DNA of 64,000 bases, taken from Azolla caroliniana. Lineage: Eukaryota > Plantae > Polypodiophyta. Positions within the stretch are counted from its first letter, which is position 1; the number at the start of each line of letters is the position of its first letter. Below the pieces are notes generated by a model. The model had not been told where the DNA came from and ran no database searches. It was given only the letters and a program-made list of their open reading frames with translations. Position numbers and translations under genes: made by a program. The stretch is from NCBI GenBank assembly GCA_043228905.1, contig JBHGNT010000010.1, positions 17,174,001-17,238,000 on the forward strand, given 5' to 3'. Positions 1 to 13,202 of this stretch are shown here, one piece after another.

Positions 1-1880
1 CATCCCTCAGCAATTCTCTACCCATTTTACCGTGTATTGAAAAAATGGGATTTATTTACCTAACATTCCTTGCACTGATATGATTTGCCATTTCCACTCA
101 CTAGGATCCCACAAAAGGTGATCAATATTGATAATAGTTGTTCCATTTTAAAGCTAAATTTAATGCTAGAATATTATCATAAGAAACCATGCAACTCGGG
201 CCAAGGTGGCATGGCATGTTCTCACATAACCCAAGTCAAGAGGAGGGATGGGTCGATTGATCTCGTCTCTCAGTCCAAAGCACTACTCACCAAATTTGTG
301 GTGCAAGGACTCCGACCAAGGCATGACTGTTGGAAAATATTACTATGACTACACTTCGCTTGCTTTAAGGCACGGACAAGGGCTAAGTGGGCCCCTTAGA
401 CATGATGGATTTCAAACCAAGGTTCTCACGCCAATTGGAGAATAGATTCAATGCATCCTTGTGAAAGGCGTGGTGTGACATAAGATGAGGGCTCAAGTGC
501 GATCAACCTAACTTTAAACCTACTTGAGTCAATCAATGCATCATGTGAAACCCATGTATCTGAGATGAATCTGGTAAACTAATTGGATCAAGTAAGGGTT
601 TGTCATGGGGAAGCATTGTAGAAGGTCTAGGAAAGAGTATAGTATGTTGGAGGCAGTTTATGTCACTGTCACTACAAGATCAAGCCAACATACTCCATGG
701 AATCAAGGGCGGATGGACTATGAGATCTGAAATTATGAACGCTCTATTGCTTTGGGAAGTTGCTAATCCAAGGACAATAATGGAGAAGTGGATAGGCAAT
801 GAGGAGGATGGTTCTTTGTTTCCAAGAGGTAGGGAAACACTAGATATCCAAGGCCATGAACTGCAAGACAATGAGGCACCAACAACAAAGAACATGAAAA
901 TTCGAGAGCTTGCATATATAGGTCATAAGTGGATTATAGATCCAGATTCGATCAAAGTACAACCGGAATGGCACGTATGTGTTTATGAGCACACATGGCT
1001 ACGTAAAGTTAGTTGGAACCCTTTGCGATGGGCATGGTGCCATCCTGATGCGGGACAATGAAGCAAAGTGACCCCCTTCTTCAAATTCACGGTCACTAGA
1101 TTGGGTCGTCACATCTTAGTTGCTCAAACCTATAGAGAACTAATTGCTACAAAGATATGGCACACATACTATGTTCCCCATACAACTATTGTAACCATGT
1201 TTTGGCAGCAATTATGGAAACAACAACACGCTCGGTGAATTGCCACATTCTAATGACTATTAATATATAGGTCACTACCAGTTGGAGCGTGACAACGTGG
1301 AATTCTTAGCTCTTGTAATTGTATAGTGTGCCCCAATGCAACAGATTCAATCTGACACGCTCGGTGGGATTGCCCAGAGACCCAATGTTGAATATCACGA
1401 CGGGGAGTTGGTCACCTATTGCAATTATGTCAAGTGCAAGGCACAATCAAGTGGGGGGATGTATGTTGGTTATCATGGCAGACCCCAGTTGACAGATACA
1501 AACATCAAGAAGAGGGGATGACATTGGTGATAAAGACACAAGTGATCTCGTTCTCCATCACCAACCACTCAACTCTCATTAATGCCAACGCTCAAGTTGT
1601 GTTGGAATTGGTCAACCCAATAACACTTTGGATTCTCTAGAAACAGTGGTGTAGGTTGGTCTTCTTCAATCAAACCATCCATCAGGGGATGTTACTACAG
1701 TAAAAGATATGGAGTGAAGTTGGAGCCACAATAAAGAGCCAATACAAGGCCATCATGGGTAGAACCAATGGAGCCGAAAGAGAATGATTAGCATTCATTC
1801 AACAATGGTCCTCCTCTCCCTTTCTTGAGTCAGTGGGCCTCCACCTACGATGGAACTATCACATTCTTATTGGGATTTGT
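1..1880 (+). mobile_element. Degenerate L1-like LINE, 3' part of ORF2 (zf-RVT region)
   Basis: Stop- and frameshift-interrupted Trp-rich reading frame; around 1200-1380 it reads FWQQLWKQQHAR*IATF..LLIYRSLPVG and, after a frameshift, CIVCPNATDSI*HARWDCP, the zf-RVT CCHC pattern of plant LINEs. Boundaries approximate. Confidence 0.65.
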
Positions 1881-2887
1881 ACATAACGTTCTCATCTATA
1901 AAATTTTATAGCTAATGGAAGGAGTTTTTTTATTTGAAAGAAAAAACAAAGTTTGTAGAATCAAAATTTGAGAGATACATAAAACAATGATCATGGCAAA
2001 ATATGGTTTAATAAATACAATCTTTGGAGGCATCTAATCTTTCTGGTGATCAACAATCTACATTTCCAAAATGACAAACTGTGAACAGATTCACCTTTGG
2101 CCTCTAGGCCTGTCGAAACCACATGGTCACCGAGGTAGAGCACAATCTACCGAAATCGGCATAGGTTAGATGCCATTAATGGAACATGGTAATCCCATAT
2201 TCATGTGTGCGTCCGTAAGGGCTAGGCATGTAACGAGGTATGGGTGGAGAAAGACCCAAAAAGCAAGTACTATATAAGTTTTGTAAATGGAGATGACTAT
2301 TGCACGAGTGCAATGTGTCATGCATGTGAGTGAATTTATTTCATATTAAACACAATGCCATTGGTTTTCGCACATTAAAAGTTCTAATATTAGAAACCAC
2401 TAAATGCAGAAGAGAATTGTAACTATATTAATAAGGAGAAAATTAAAACAAGCAAGAAAAAATGCATCGGGATAGGTGCCCTTGGATTGTTATGAAAGAT
2501 CAAACTAATGATATTGTGAAATGCACATAAAGAGAATCCAAACCAGTTTTCTTAGATTCTTACTTCTTGCTCAATTTATGATAGATACAAAGGTACCCAT
2601 TTGGGTTAGTTTAGCTACATGCGTGCTAAAAGGGTGGCACAAAGGAACACATGTACACAACAACATGAAGACATACACTTGCATCAAAGGGACACCACAT
2701 TCCCCCCCTGAGAGAAACAAGGAGTTTTACGATATGAGGAAAGGACGGGTGCTAGAACATGGGCCTGGGGTGACATAGGGCTTGATGCAAGCAACATGGG
2801 CAGAGGTGAATCGGTTGTTGGAATTGTGTTAGGAGCAAGTTGGCGAGTTGGGACTCCATGAATGAGGTGGTAGGGGCTAACACTTTA

Positions 2888-2903
2888 CCCCGCTTCTCCA
2901 CCA
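2888..2903 (-). other. Primer binding site complementary to tRNA-Ala 3' end
   Basis: + strand ccccgcttctccacca matches the plant tRNA-Ala 3' end CCCCGCATCTCCACCA (recalled) with 1 mismatch and lies 3 nt from the LTR end at 2907. Confidence 0.7.
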
Positions 2904-3125
2904 ATATGTGAAATGCACACAAAGAGAATCCAAACCAGCATGCTTAGCTTCTTACTTCTTGGTCAATTTATAGTAGATTCAAAGGTACCCATTTGTGTTG
3001 GCTTAGCAACATGCGTGTTGAAAGGGTGTGCTAAAAGGGTGGCACAAAGGTACCCATTTGGGTTGGCTTAGCTACATGTGTGCTAAAAGGGTGTGCTAAA
3101 AGGATGGCACAAAGGAACACATGTA

Positions 3126-5611
3126 GGCAACCACATTCCGCACACGTTGCAAGTTGTTCCAATTCACCCGCATGTCATTCGGCCTATCTAATGTCGGCAA
3201 CACATTCCAACACATGGCCAACTCCATCTTCGCCTCCCTCATCAGCAAACGCATCCTCCTCGTTTATCTCGGCGACATCCTTATCCACACTACCACTTGG
3301 GAGAACCATCTACCAACTCTCGTTGAAGTCCTCACTCGCATAACTAAGCATAACTTGCAACTCCAATTGAAGAAGTGTATGTTACTCCCCTCTGGAGGAA
3401 TACACTCTCGGTTACTACTCTCGAATAATCGGACCAAGGTATTGTGGTAGGAAGGAGGGAAAGAGCTTCAGATCGTCCCCTAGACTAGGCACTCAACTGG
3501 TCCGCCGAATACAAGAGCTAGGGGTAACTTTACTCTAGGGGATCCAAGATATCTCACTTTGAGGATATCCAACTCGCCTGCTCTGTTTGACACTTGGAGA
3601 CACAAACTGATTCCTATAGACTTGCAAGGAACACCGGAATAGATATCCTGTCGAATCGGCTATAGCCAATTCGGGCACACAACTACACAGTAACACAAGA
3701 TCAACATGTTATAACACAGATAGACAATACAGAATAATATATTAAGGTTACATCTTTGTTAGAAGTACTGATCGACTATTGGTATAGTCTCTATTCAGTC
3801 AGAAATGCCCACTCCTCATGTACAACTATTCATCTAAATCTACCTCTTCCTCTCTCATTCACATAGTCCGTATATAATATTCCATGCTTCCTATTTCAGG
3901 GGATCATGGTTAGTTACAATCGTTTTTGGTGTTATAGTAACGCCGCATTCGGATCTTGGTCGGCTCCCTTCATTTGGCTTTTTGTGCTTAGCTTCCTGCC
4001 TCCTTTCACACCTTCGGTCGTCTTGCCCGACCAACGGTGTCATTGGAGAAGCACCAACCCCCGTTTTCTTAGCTTCTTCATCTCTAGCAACAGAATCTGT
4101 ATGGACCCTACAAAGGTAGTTGACATCACCAACCATCCCTGCCCCACCTTACTAAATACATTGCAACATTTTTTGGCCATGATCACCTTTTCCCTCCGAT
4201 TCATCATGAACCTTGCCTCTGTCACTTTTCCTCTTTGCCGGCTCTTAAAGAAAGATGGGACACTTGTTTGGGATCTTGCTTGCGAAGACAATGTTCATCA
4301 CCTAACAATGGTCCAGGAATCAGGGTTGCTCGCCCATCCTAACTTTGGCCAACCAACCATTCACATTGCAGATAGATGCCTCAAACCATGGGTTAAGAGT
4401 TGTTCTCTTGCAAGAAGATTACCACGAGCAAGAAAAGGCGGTCGCCCTCATTAGCCGAACTCTCACGCCAACTACTCAACCACTGAGAAGGAATTACTTG
4501 CAATGGTTTAGTCTTTCTAGCGTTTTTTCACCCATACCTTCATGGCAGATAGGTTACAGTTGAGACTGACCTCCAGCCCTTGCTTTCTCTTATCCATCAA
4601 CCTCACCCCCCCAAGCCGCTTGTTACGATGGATGCTAGCACCCCAAGATTATCAATTTACCCTCTCCTATCGGAAAGGTGTAACCAATTTGGCCGTTGAT
4701 AGTCTCTCTCACACTTACTTCTAGGTTGTCTAATTTCTCCTTGAGCCATCCGGTCCTCCGCTGCCACAACTCGCTACACTTCAACAACATGAGACCACCA
4801 TCTAAGAGATAACCCATCAGTTGTGCTCCCTCCAACCATTTCCCTCACAGCAGCGGTTCATGTACCGCGATAACTTGGTGTTCTTCATTCAAGCACATCA
4901 CGAGCCGAGCCTCTACATCCCTCGTGCCCTACAACAAATGTACCTCCAATTTTATCACGACCACCCACAAGGTTCTCGAAAAATTACACCTCAAGTATTA
5001 CTGGCCCAACATGCGGCACTCTGTCTCTACCTACATCAAACAATGTGTTTTGTGTCAACACATCAAACCTATAGGAAAGCTCGTTGGAACAATCCAGCCC
5101 ATCACCATCACATCGCCTTTCGAGCTCGTCGGATGGGATTTCATGGAACCTTTTCCCAAATCCCCCAGAGGCAACAAGTATATCTTGGTCATAACCAAAT
5201 ACCTCACCAGATGGGTTGAAAGCATTGTCATCCCTGACGTCCCTACGCCAACCATCGCCTCCAAACTATTACACAAGGTAATTATTCAGCATGGTTGCCC
5301 CATCCAACTATTATTTGATCAAGGCCGCTAGTTCCATAGGGATGTCCTCAACGTCGTTGCGGCTCAACTAGGTGTCCAACTGGCGTTTACATCCCCATAC
5401 GATCCACAGACAAATGGCCTCACCAAACACCTCAACAAGACCCTCAAGTAGGAGGTTGCTGCTTATATTGATCCATGCCACAAAACCTGGGATCAAATAT
5501 TGCCTTCTGTCACCTACCCCTACAATACATGCGTCAACATGGACCAACCTTTTTCAAACACTCTATGGGCACAACCCTCGCCTCCCACCAGAATCGTCCA
5601 TTGATGTCCAT
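3126..5611 (+). pseudogene. Ty3/Gypsy pol fragment (RT-RNase H-integrase), disrupted
   Basis: RT: QFTRMSFGLSNVGNTFQ...VYLGDILI (YLDD degenerate); RNase H: PFTLQIDASNHGLRVVLLQ; integrase zinc finger and core: YYWPNMRHSVSTYIKQCVLCQ...PFELVGWDF. Gypsy domain order, with multiple stops and frameshifts. Confidence 0.9.
3380..4036. mobile_element. Probable solo LTR inserted in the Gypsy RT
   Basis: Starts TGTTA and ends CCAACG (probably decayed ...AACA); flanked by gtgta/gtgtc (4/5 TSD). Removing it rejoins RT as LKKC|HWRSTNPRFLSFFISSNRICMDP. Confidence 0.6.
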
Positions 5612-5819
5612 TCCAAACCAGCTTGCTTAGCTTCTTACTTCTTGCTCAATTTATAGTAGATACAAAGGCACCCATTTGGGTTGGCTTACCTACATGTGTG
5701 GTATAAGGGTGTGCTAAAAGGGTGGCACAAAGGAACACATGTACACCACCATGTGAAGGCATGCACTTGCATCAAAGGGACACCACAATATTATTGGATA
5801 ATAAAGAAATAAATGAGAA

Positions 5820-6890
5820 TGTTGTTCCTCACGACCACCCTCGAGTGAAGGATTTGAGACGATCCCTAAACCTCGATGGTGTCCCATATCACCGCGTATG
5901 ATCTAGAGATGTAGCTCGGCTTAGATTAGATGTAGATGATAGGCGCCTTGAAACAAATGCTTTGCCAAACCACCAAATTCTCAAATGCTCACCAGGGAGA
6001 TGTAAAATGAGGTTGCTAGTCCCATATTTATATCTTAAGCCAAAGGGCCCTTGACCACCACATAGGTCCCTATCTGTTGTAGACCATGGTAGGTTGCCTT
6101 AAACCCTAGGGTAATTATCCTACCTCATTTATTTATTTATGATAAATTATCCTTTCCATTCAAACTTAAAGTTTTGTCCATAACATACTCCCCCTCTTAA
6201 AGAAATCGCACTCTTGCAATAAGAATTGAGGAAATTTTGTAACTCGGGCCACACTCAATCTTCTGCGTTTCTATCCTTTGAGGAATTTTTCTCAACCACC
6301 TTGGTTGAGCACACCTTCACTAAAGCCACCTTGGCTCTAACTCGAGTAGTCAGTTCCTCTTCCTCTTCCTCTTCCACCAATTCGACTTGTGCTTTTGGTA
6401 CTCGATAGGAACCCCCTTCTTGCTTAGGGCACTCCTCCAAGCTTGTTACTTCAAGCTTCTCTACTTCCTTTCTCAATGAAGGTCGCAATATGAAAAGAAA
6501 AACTTGCAACCTATCAAAATCATCCATGTTAGTAATCGGCAATATCTTTGATACTTATTAACATACTCCCAGAGTTTCTTAAACTCTTACTTTAAATTTC
6601 TCTACTCATCCTATAGCTTGTAAGGCTCATTGGGTGGGATGAAGTACTCCCGCATCCATACCTTGAAATCCTCTCAATCCTTGGCCTCTTCTCCTCCATC
6701 AAGAGGTCCCAATTGTAGATGTCTTACTCAATGGTATTGGCTTACTATGTCCACCAATGCTTGTGGTCACACACAACATTGCTCCAAGTAGCTCTCCATC
6801 ACGTGGATCCACTTGTTGACTACAAGGGACTCCCTCACTCCTACGTACTCCTTCAAGATGACTGACTTGTAGGTTCCATACTCTAATTCC
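5820..6890 (-). mobile_element. Truncated LTR retrotransposon: 3' LTR (5820-6185), PPT and gag remnant
   Basis: TGTTG...ATAACA segment followed on + by tactccccctct (reverse PPT); minus-strand gag-like fragments (WIHVMESYLEQ; DFDRLQVFLFILRPSLRKEVEKL). Confidence 0.55.
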
Positions 6891-7447
6891 TACTCATACA
6901 TAGATATATATAAGGGAATTCAAAATTTCCTTTCCTTATGTCTTTTTCTTCTCCATTTGTTTTTCCTTTATGTGATGCTAAACGTGATGTTTATCGAAAC
7001 ACAAAAGTGTGGGGTATAACGTCACAATCTGCATCGTATTTGAGAGATGTTAACACCCTATTCTATGTTTAATTTAGTGCTAGGAGGGCAAACTATCTTA
7101 TGAGAATGAGATAATAGTTACATGCAGTGCATGCAAAGAGGGTAATGGAAAAAAGGATGTCGATGTAAGAGAATATACTTGATCCAAGTTTAGATTAACG
7201 TTTATGGTTAAACTTCAATCTTAAAAGCCTAGTTCTTGAGCGTAAATTATTTTCGCTTACTTTATCTAATGTATTATCTTACGCTTTGTTTGCAATCAAA
7301 CCCTGACTTATATCTTAATTGGACAATGTAGCATTTTGTTCTAATTTAGTGTGAGGTTTTCATAATACATCTCATTAACTAAACCAAACTAAGTTTCATA
7401 TACTCTATAATGGGTGGCACAAGTAATATTTTGTGGTTGGCTACAAT

Positions 7448-8420
7448 ATTTTATTTTATTTTTTTTCCAAAAAAAACACTACTTCCCATTAGTTAGCAAA
7501 AGAATTACATCGAAGAACAGCCATAATCAAAACAACATAATCCTCACCTAACTATTTACAACAAGAGTAACCCACTGCCTCTTTTTACATAGTGACCACC
7601 ATGGTGACCACATATTCACAACGAAGCCAATGGCGGAAACAGCCATCTTGGTGCTTGGTAATTCCATTTAGGACCAGACGCTGAATTAACCATCATAGGA
7701 GAGCGACCCCATTTCAGCAAAAACTTTGAGCGAGCCCTGTCTGCTGCATCTGAGTTCCCTTCAATTGAGTTGTACTGTCCGCGCAGCCAAGATACCAGCT
7801 CGAACCAAATGTTTAGCAACACCTCACCGCTTGGGAGTTTTCGTTGCTGAAAAACAAACATACATCGTCTGGTCCAAATGTGCCAGACCGAGAAGCATGC
7901 CACCAACATCCATATCTCCTCAAAAAAACCAGAGTTTGTACCAGGTTCTACTCCAACACTTTTGAATACACTGCCGCCCTACAATATAAAACCATGACCA
8001 TGTGGATTTAATTGTTCCGCCCAACCTTCCTTAGTTAGTTTCAAACCCTGTAAGGACCCCCACACAACTCTCCCATTCACCCCGCATGCTGCCACTATCC
8101 TGAGACTTCGACCCCAAATGTTGATTGCCTCTGCACAATTCCAAAAACAGTGAGGTATCGATTCCAAAGAGTGACCACATAACAGGCAACCAGCCTCCCC
8201 ACCACGAGACCTCATCCACTCCCCTACCGGTAACGCCTTATGACTAAGAAGCCAAAACCACACCTTGATTTTTTCTGGCATATCAGATGCCCATAGTCTC
8301 CGCCAAAACGACTTCAACAAGTCATCTGATATGCCTTTATCCCTCCAACTATTGCGAGTTTGAGCAGCACCCACTGATTTGGAGCCAATGATTTGCCTTC
8401 CGAGCTTAGTACTATAATCA
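7448..8420 (-). mobile_element. 5'-truncated L1-like LINE, 3' end with A-rich tail
   Basis: ORFs 7979-8479 and 7616-7909 contain FWRRLWASDMPEKIKVWFWLLSHKALPVG...CLLCGHSLESIPHCFWNC (zf-RVT) and WHIWTRRCMFVF; T-rich tract at 7448-7466 is the tail. Confidence 0.85.
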
Positions 8421-11400
8421 AAAAACCCCACCAGAAAGTATTTTCTTAGAATGACCCATTCATAATAGAATATGTACAATTTTAGTTGGTTTCAACACGA
8501 CATATTTTAAAAAACATACAGCTTTGAAAAAACCCATTGTTGAGAATTTCATCAATTTTTAGAGAATCTTTAAAGAGAAACTACATTACATGTTAAAGTA
8601 TTGTAGACAATGTGTGTCTTTTTTGTGCATGTGCTTTTTGTAACGTTTATATGAAGCTACAATATGGAGCAAGATTTAAGCGAACTACATTAGCTTTGAG
8701 AAATTGATATGAAGGGAGAAAACAAATAAATATTGAGAGATTTTATGTGAAATGAGGTATGTAAAGTTAGACTTTGGATAAAATGTCGAGGCTTGAAAGG
8801 TTGGACCTAATAATATAGTTGAGGATATAGTTTAATGCAAACTTATTTGGGAGTAATTTAATTCACCTTTTTGAATCATTTGTTGAAGTGTTCTTGTAAT
8901 TGATGGATGGAATTCTTGACTTTACCAACATATATGTCAAAAGTTATCATGCACAACAATGATCAACATATCCTCATTATTTATGCAAAATACACTCTAA
9001 CATTTCTTAAAGTGATAAATTTAGGGGAGATTGTTGAAGATAATGTGTGAATGAGGTTTGTTTTGAGACCTAATAGTTTTCGATAATCAAGATAAGAGAT
9101 TTTGACAATCTTATATGAGCATGTATGGGTTAGTGGATTGAATTTTCCATCAGTGAGTTTTTCTATGCTAGATAGTATGGATGTCAAATATGTTGATAAT
9201 AATAATCTTAGTGCCCAAAGTTAGAAACAAAAACTAGCCTCAATGAGTATGAAGGACAACTACAACTATGCACATATGTAATTAGGTCATATCTAACTGT
9301 AAACTCGTAATATATAGATATTGTATAGTCTAGAATTACATTGTCACGACACATTGTGAATAGATAAAACACTGACATATTCATAAAAGATATCGTTGTT
9401 GCAAATTTATGTCTACATTATTTAATTATAGGTGTACATAGGAACATTATATATAGTCTTTTGATTTTAATTTTGCAGGCACACAATGATTTCTCTTTAT
9501 TGTTGTACTCTGATTATGTATATCTATCACACCTCCTTGGTGTCGGTGGGATTTTAGAAGAAAATTCTATTCTTGTTGAATATTACATGTTTTACAACTC
9601 ATTCAATTTTGTTGTTTTGTGTCGGTGAATTTTGGTATAAATCATGTAGAGCGAATAAAAGAGATGTTAAGTACAAATATAGTGTGAACAAAGATAACAA
9701 AAGCTTACACTTGTGAAGAAATATCAAAGACCCTACCTATATATTATCAACCTTGTAAGAACTTTGTGAGTTATAGTGGCATTGGTTAATGACCCCAATT
9801 AGAGTTCTTAAGGTTGCGTTCATGAGAGGCCTTAGGATAGGGGATGTGGGGTGCTCAGTGCTCAGTGCTCACATGGTGGAAAATCATTGTTTTTAGATAA
9901 AAACAAGTTCCAAGCATAAAATGGGGAACCAAAACCTTTGCATGTGAATAATGTTGCAAGTAGAATGAGAATTAGTGATCAAACAATTACACAACCTTTT
10001 TATACACTTAAATGGCATAGTATTGGTTTCCTAATCCTTGTATGTAGAAAAGTGCGTGCTTTGTGAATTTGGCCTAAGCTATATTTTATTTTGAAATTAA
10101 AAGATAAGTTCATTTAGATGTCCATGGTGTATGTATGCCCATGTGGTTATCTCTATGGAAGTATTTGCTATTGATGATTCCTCTACATATCAATGAAACT
10201 TACCACATGATGAGTATATTTCTTGTGAACTTTGTGATATGCTCTTGGTGCACATTGTCATGACGTAAGCTTCACCACATGTATACAAACATCATGGTTC
10301 TTAGAAAGCAAATAAGTGATAGAGAGAAATAGAATGACAAAGGATTATTGTTTATGTTTTGATAAACTTGAAAATCGTAGTCTTAATCCTCTTGCTAGAT
10401 TATTCTAGTTATACCTTTGGAAGACCATGCATGTTGGCCAAGTGGTGTTTATGCAGTAGATGCACTAGTCATGTTGGTCCACTAGCCTCCATCTATGGTG
10501 AATATCTTACTAAAGTAGATAAATACAAATATATGTTTTGATTAGCTACATTTAATCTATTGATAATAACTATTCCTATAACAAATACGCTAGTGCTTCA
10601 ATTCATGACAACAATTTGCGAGTATAATCAAATTGCCATCAAAAGTTTTTCACATAATCTTGTGAAAACCATATGACAACATTTGGTATGCGTAGAGACA
10701 ATTCACATGAGTAGTTCTCATTGGATTTGAGCAATTGCAGAGAGCAAGACATATGTTATTATCTTCCTCGGAGGTTAAATATTACCTACGGAACCAAAAG
10801 ATAAACTTTCTTGAGTACAAGTGACTCTTATTGTTCAAGAATTTTGCTAATGAATGGGCAATCAAGAGTGCACATTGAGATTGTCGAAGGAATGTGTACT
10901 TCCAAACTTGTTCAGAGCTAAAATATGCATGTCTCCGCACATGTGACTCAATGGCATGTCTCACATTGAAAATAATGTCGATAAATAAAACAATGTGTAT
11001 ATATATATAGAGAGAGAGAGATAAACTAAGAGGCCATTCGCAAACATCATTAGCCAATCTTCCAAAAGTATAATGCATATAGAGATTTATGGTTGTTTCT
11101 ATCTTGGACGTAAAATTTTATGAGGGGTCATCTACTTGGACCCAATTGCAAATTTTAAAATACAAGTGGTAGGTGCCATCATTTTCATTATGAAATTTAA
11201 TTTTGGGGATAAAAAGTCACTCCACATGGGGTGAGGATTAAATTACTACCTTGTGAACATATTGCACTCTATTAATCCAGCAATAGCATGTGCCTAGAAT
11301 AAGGTGTAGCTAAAAATATACGAATTTATGAAGTAGGATTGGCTCGGATAAGTTTTATGATAGATTTAAAATCGGGCATTCTTTTAACATGCTCTTATAT

Positions 11401-12723
11401 TTAGAGTCAAGCTTCTAATGTAGGAGATATATAGAGTCAAGAATTTACCCATTCAGCTCATAAAAACATAGGAGTTTGGCATAGTAGTGGATCGACAACA
11501 TGAAAAAGAAAAGGGTGAAAGTTATTGTGTTTTTCAGTGCATTCATTGTACATGTGCCATGTATATGTATTGTTCTAGAGTTATGAAGCTAGATGTCAAT
11601 TGAGACAAAATTGATCCACTAGAACATAAAAGGAATTGAGAAAAGTGAACACGCTAGAATTTATATGCGATGGAAAAGGTGTGTAAATTTGAGAAAAGTG
11701 TAATGATTTCTTTTAGGAAAGCTAGTTGTGTTTAAAATTATTGACTTACTTAGGGATGGGTTGTACGGTGTACCCCTCAAGTTGAAGTGATGTAGGAACG
11801 AAGACGAGAGGAAACACAATTTTTCATATAGTATTTGGTTGGCTAGAACTAAAAAATTTTACTTCAAATTTTTGAGTTTGAAGGTCATGTCTATCAGATA
11901 TGGTGCTAGTGGGATAAAGGCATTTCTGAGGTGAAATCCTTATTATGATTGTCTCTCCCAAAGGCCTTAGCTACAACACTTTACATATTCGAACAGTCAC
12001 CGCAAATTCCTTTTGTTTTTTTTGTTTACATTGGAACACTCATCCGACACACCCTTCTACTTTTCTATAATTCTTTGTGAAGCCATTACTTCTGATAAGT
12101 CCCCTACGTAGTACCAATCAACATTACACTATATGTCAATGTCCACCCTAACTAAGATCCTACAACATAAAGATACTTGTAAGATTTTTTGTTTGATGTG
12201 AATTGAAAGATATATGCGGTGAGCACATATACACCCATATAAAATGATAGGTAGGTTTTTATTATCTTCCCCAAACATGTTAAACAAAGAAGTGGTTGTA
12301 GTGGGTGGGGGCCATGACGAAACTAATGGTATCCTTTCTAACTTTTCTATGTGCTCACAATATTAACTTTGTCGGCAAGCTTTTTTCCAAAACAAGATGA
12401 AAGGGGTAATATTGTCATTTGGTGAACACTTCCAATCATATGTATAGAAATATAATTAGGATCAACATTATGCAACCGAAACGACCCATGAGTCTTGACA
12501 AAATCGCATAAACAAATTCCCCCGTTCATATACATGTGAAGCAATCTATCATCAATTGTCGAGGTAGCATGTTTACGTATATATTTGCATCTTGTGTTGA
12601 CGGAGGTGATTCAGGACGTGTTCTGCAGCCAACCTATTCATCGAGGATATTTTCATAGGAGCTCATGTCGTCACGATTCTAAATCTATAGCGTCGTAGTC
12701 CTGGTGCTATGCTCGTGATATGT

Positions 12724-12726
<3 letters not shown>

Positions 12727-12790
<64 letters not shown>
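12727..12790. repeat. (TC)32 microsatellite
   Basis: Seen directly. Confidence 0.97.
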
Positions 12791-12793
<3 letters not shown>

Positions 12794-12954
12794 GTGACAT
12801 AAATATTGCGACAATATAATGTCAGCTCGTCCTTCACTAGAGACATTTGGGAAGTTGGGGGTGGGGTGGGGGTTCGGCGCAAGTGTACTTGAAAGGTTCA
12901 ACGTGTGTACAAAGTGAATGATAGAACCCCTAGACCTACAATATGACGTGTTCA

Positions 12955-12958
<4 letters not shown>

Positions 12959-13006
<48 letters not shown>
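12959..13006. repeat. (AG)24 microsatellite
   Basis: Seen directly. Confidence 0.97.
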
Positions 13007-13008
<2 letters not shown>

Positions 13009-13171
13009 TGTGTTGGAAGAGAGTGAGAGAGGAGCACGTCTTCGACGTGGGGTTGTGGACTACCCGAGACAATGCACGTTCCATTTGTTCATTTATTGCA
13101 GTGCACATTGCCATAGCCTTCCTTATATTATATATATATTAAACAACATAGAAAGGCAATTCAAGTTGTGG

Positions 13172-13172
<1 letters not shown>

Positions 13173-13200
<28 letters not shown>
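13173..13200. repeat. (CA)14 microsatellite
   Basis: Seen directly. Confidence 0.95.

Positions 13201-13202
<2 letters not shown>

Larger units (their letters stand above)
2515..5787 (-). mobile_element. TRIM-like non-autonomous LTR element whose 5' LTR is interrupted by a Gypsy pol fragment
   Basis: Complete LTR 2515-2699 (TGTGAA...CACCACA); partial copies at 2907-3125 and 5612-5787; PPT (tccccccct on +) next to 2699; PBS at 2888-2903; 4-bp ATAT duplication at 2511-2514 and 5788-5791. Confidence 0.75.

Noticed and set aside
8500-12500. AT-rich region with short ORFs, possibly old transposon
   Set aside because: No motif, terminal repeat or TSD that I can support.
13010-13040. Resemblance to miR156/529 (gaagagagtgagagaggagcac)
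   Set aside because: Not an exact mature sequence, no clean star arm, and it lies next to an (AG)n tract.
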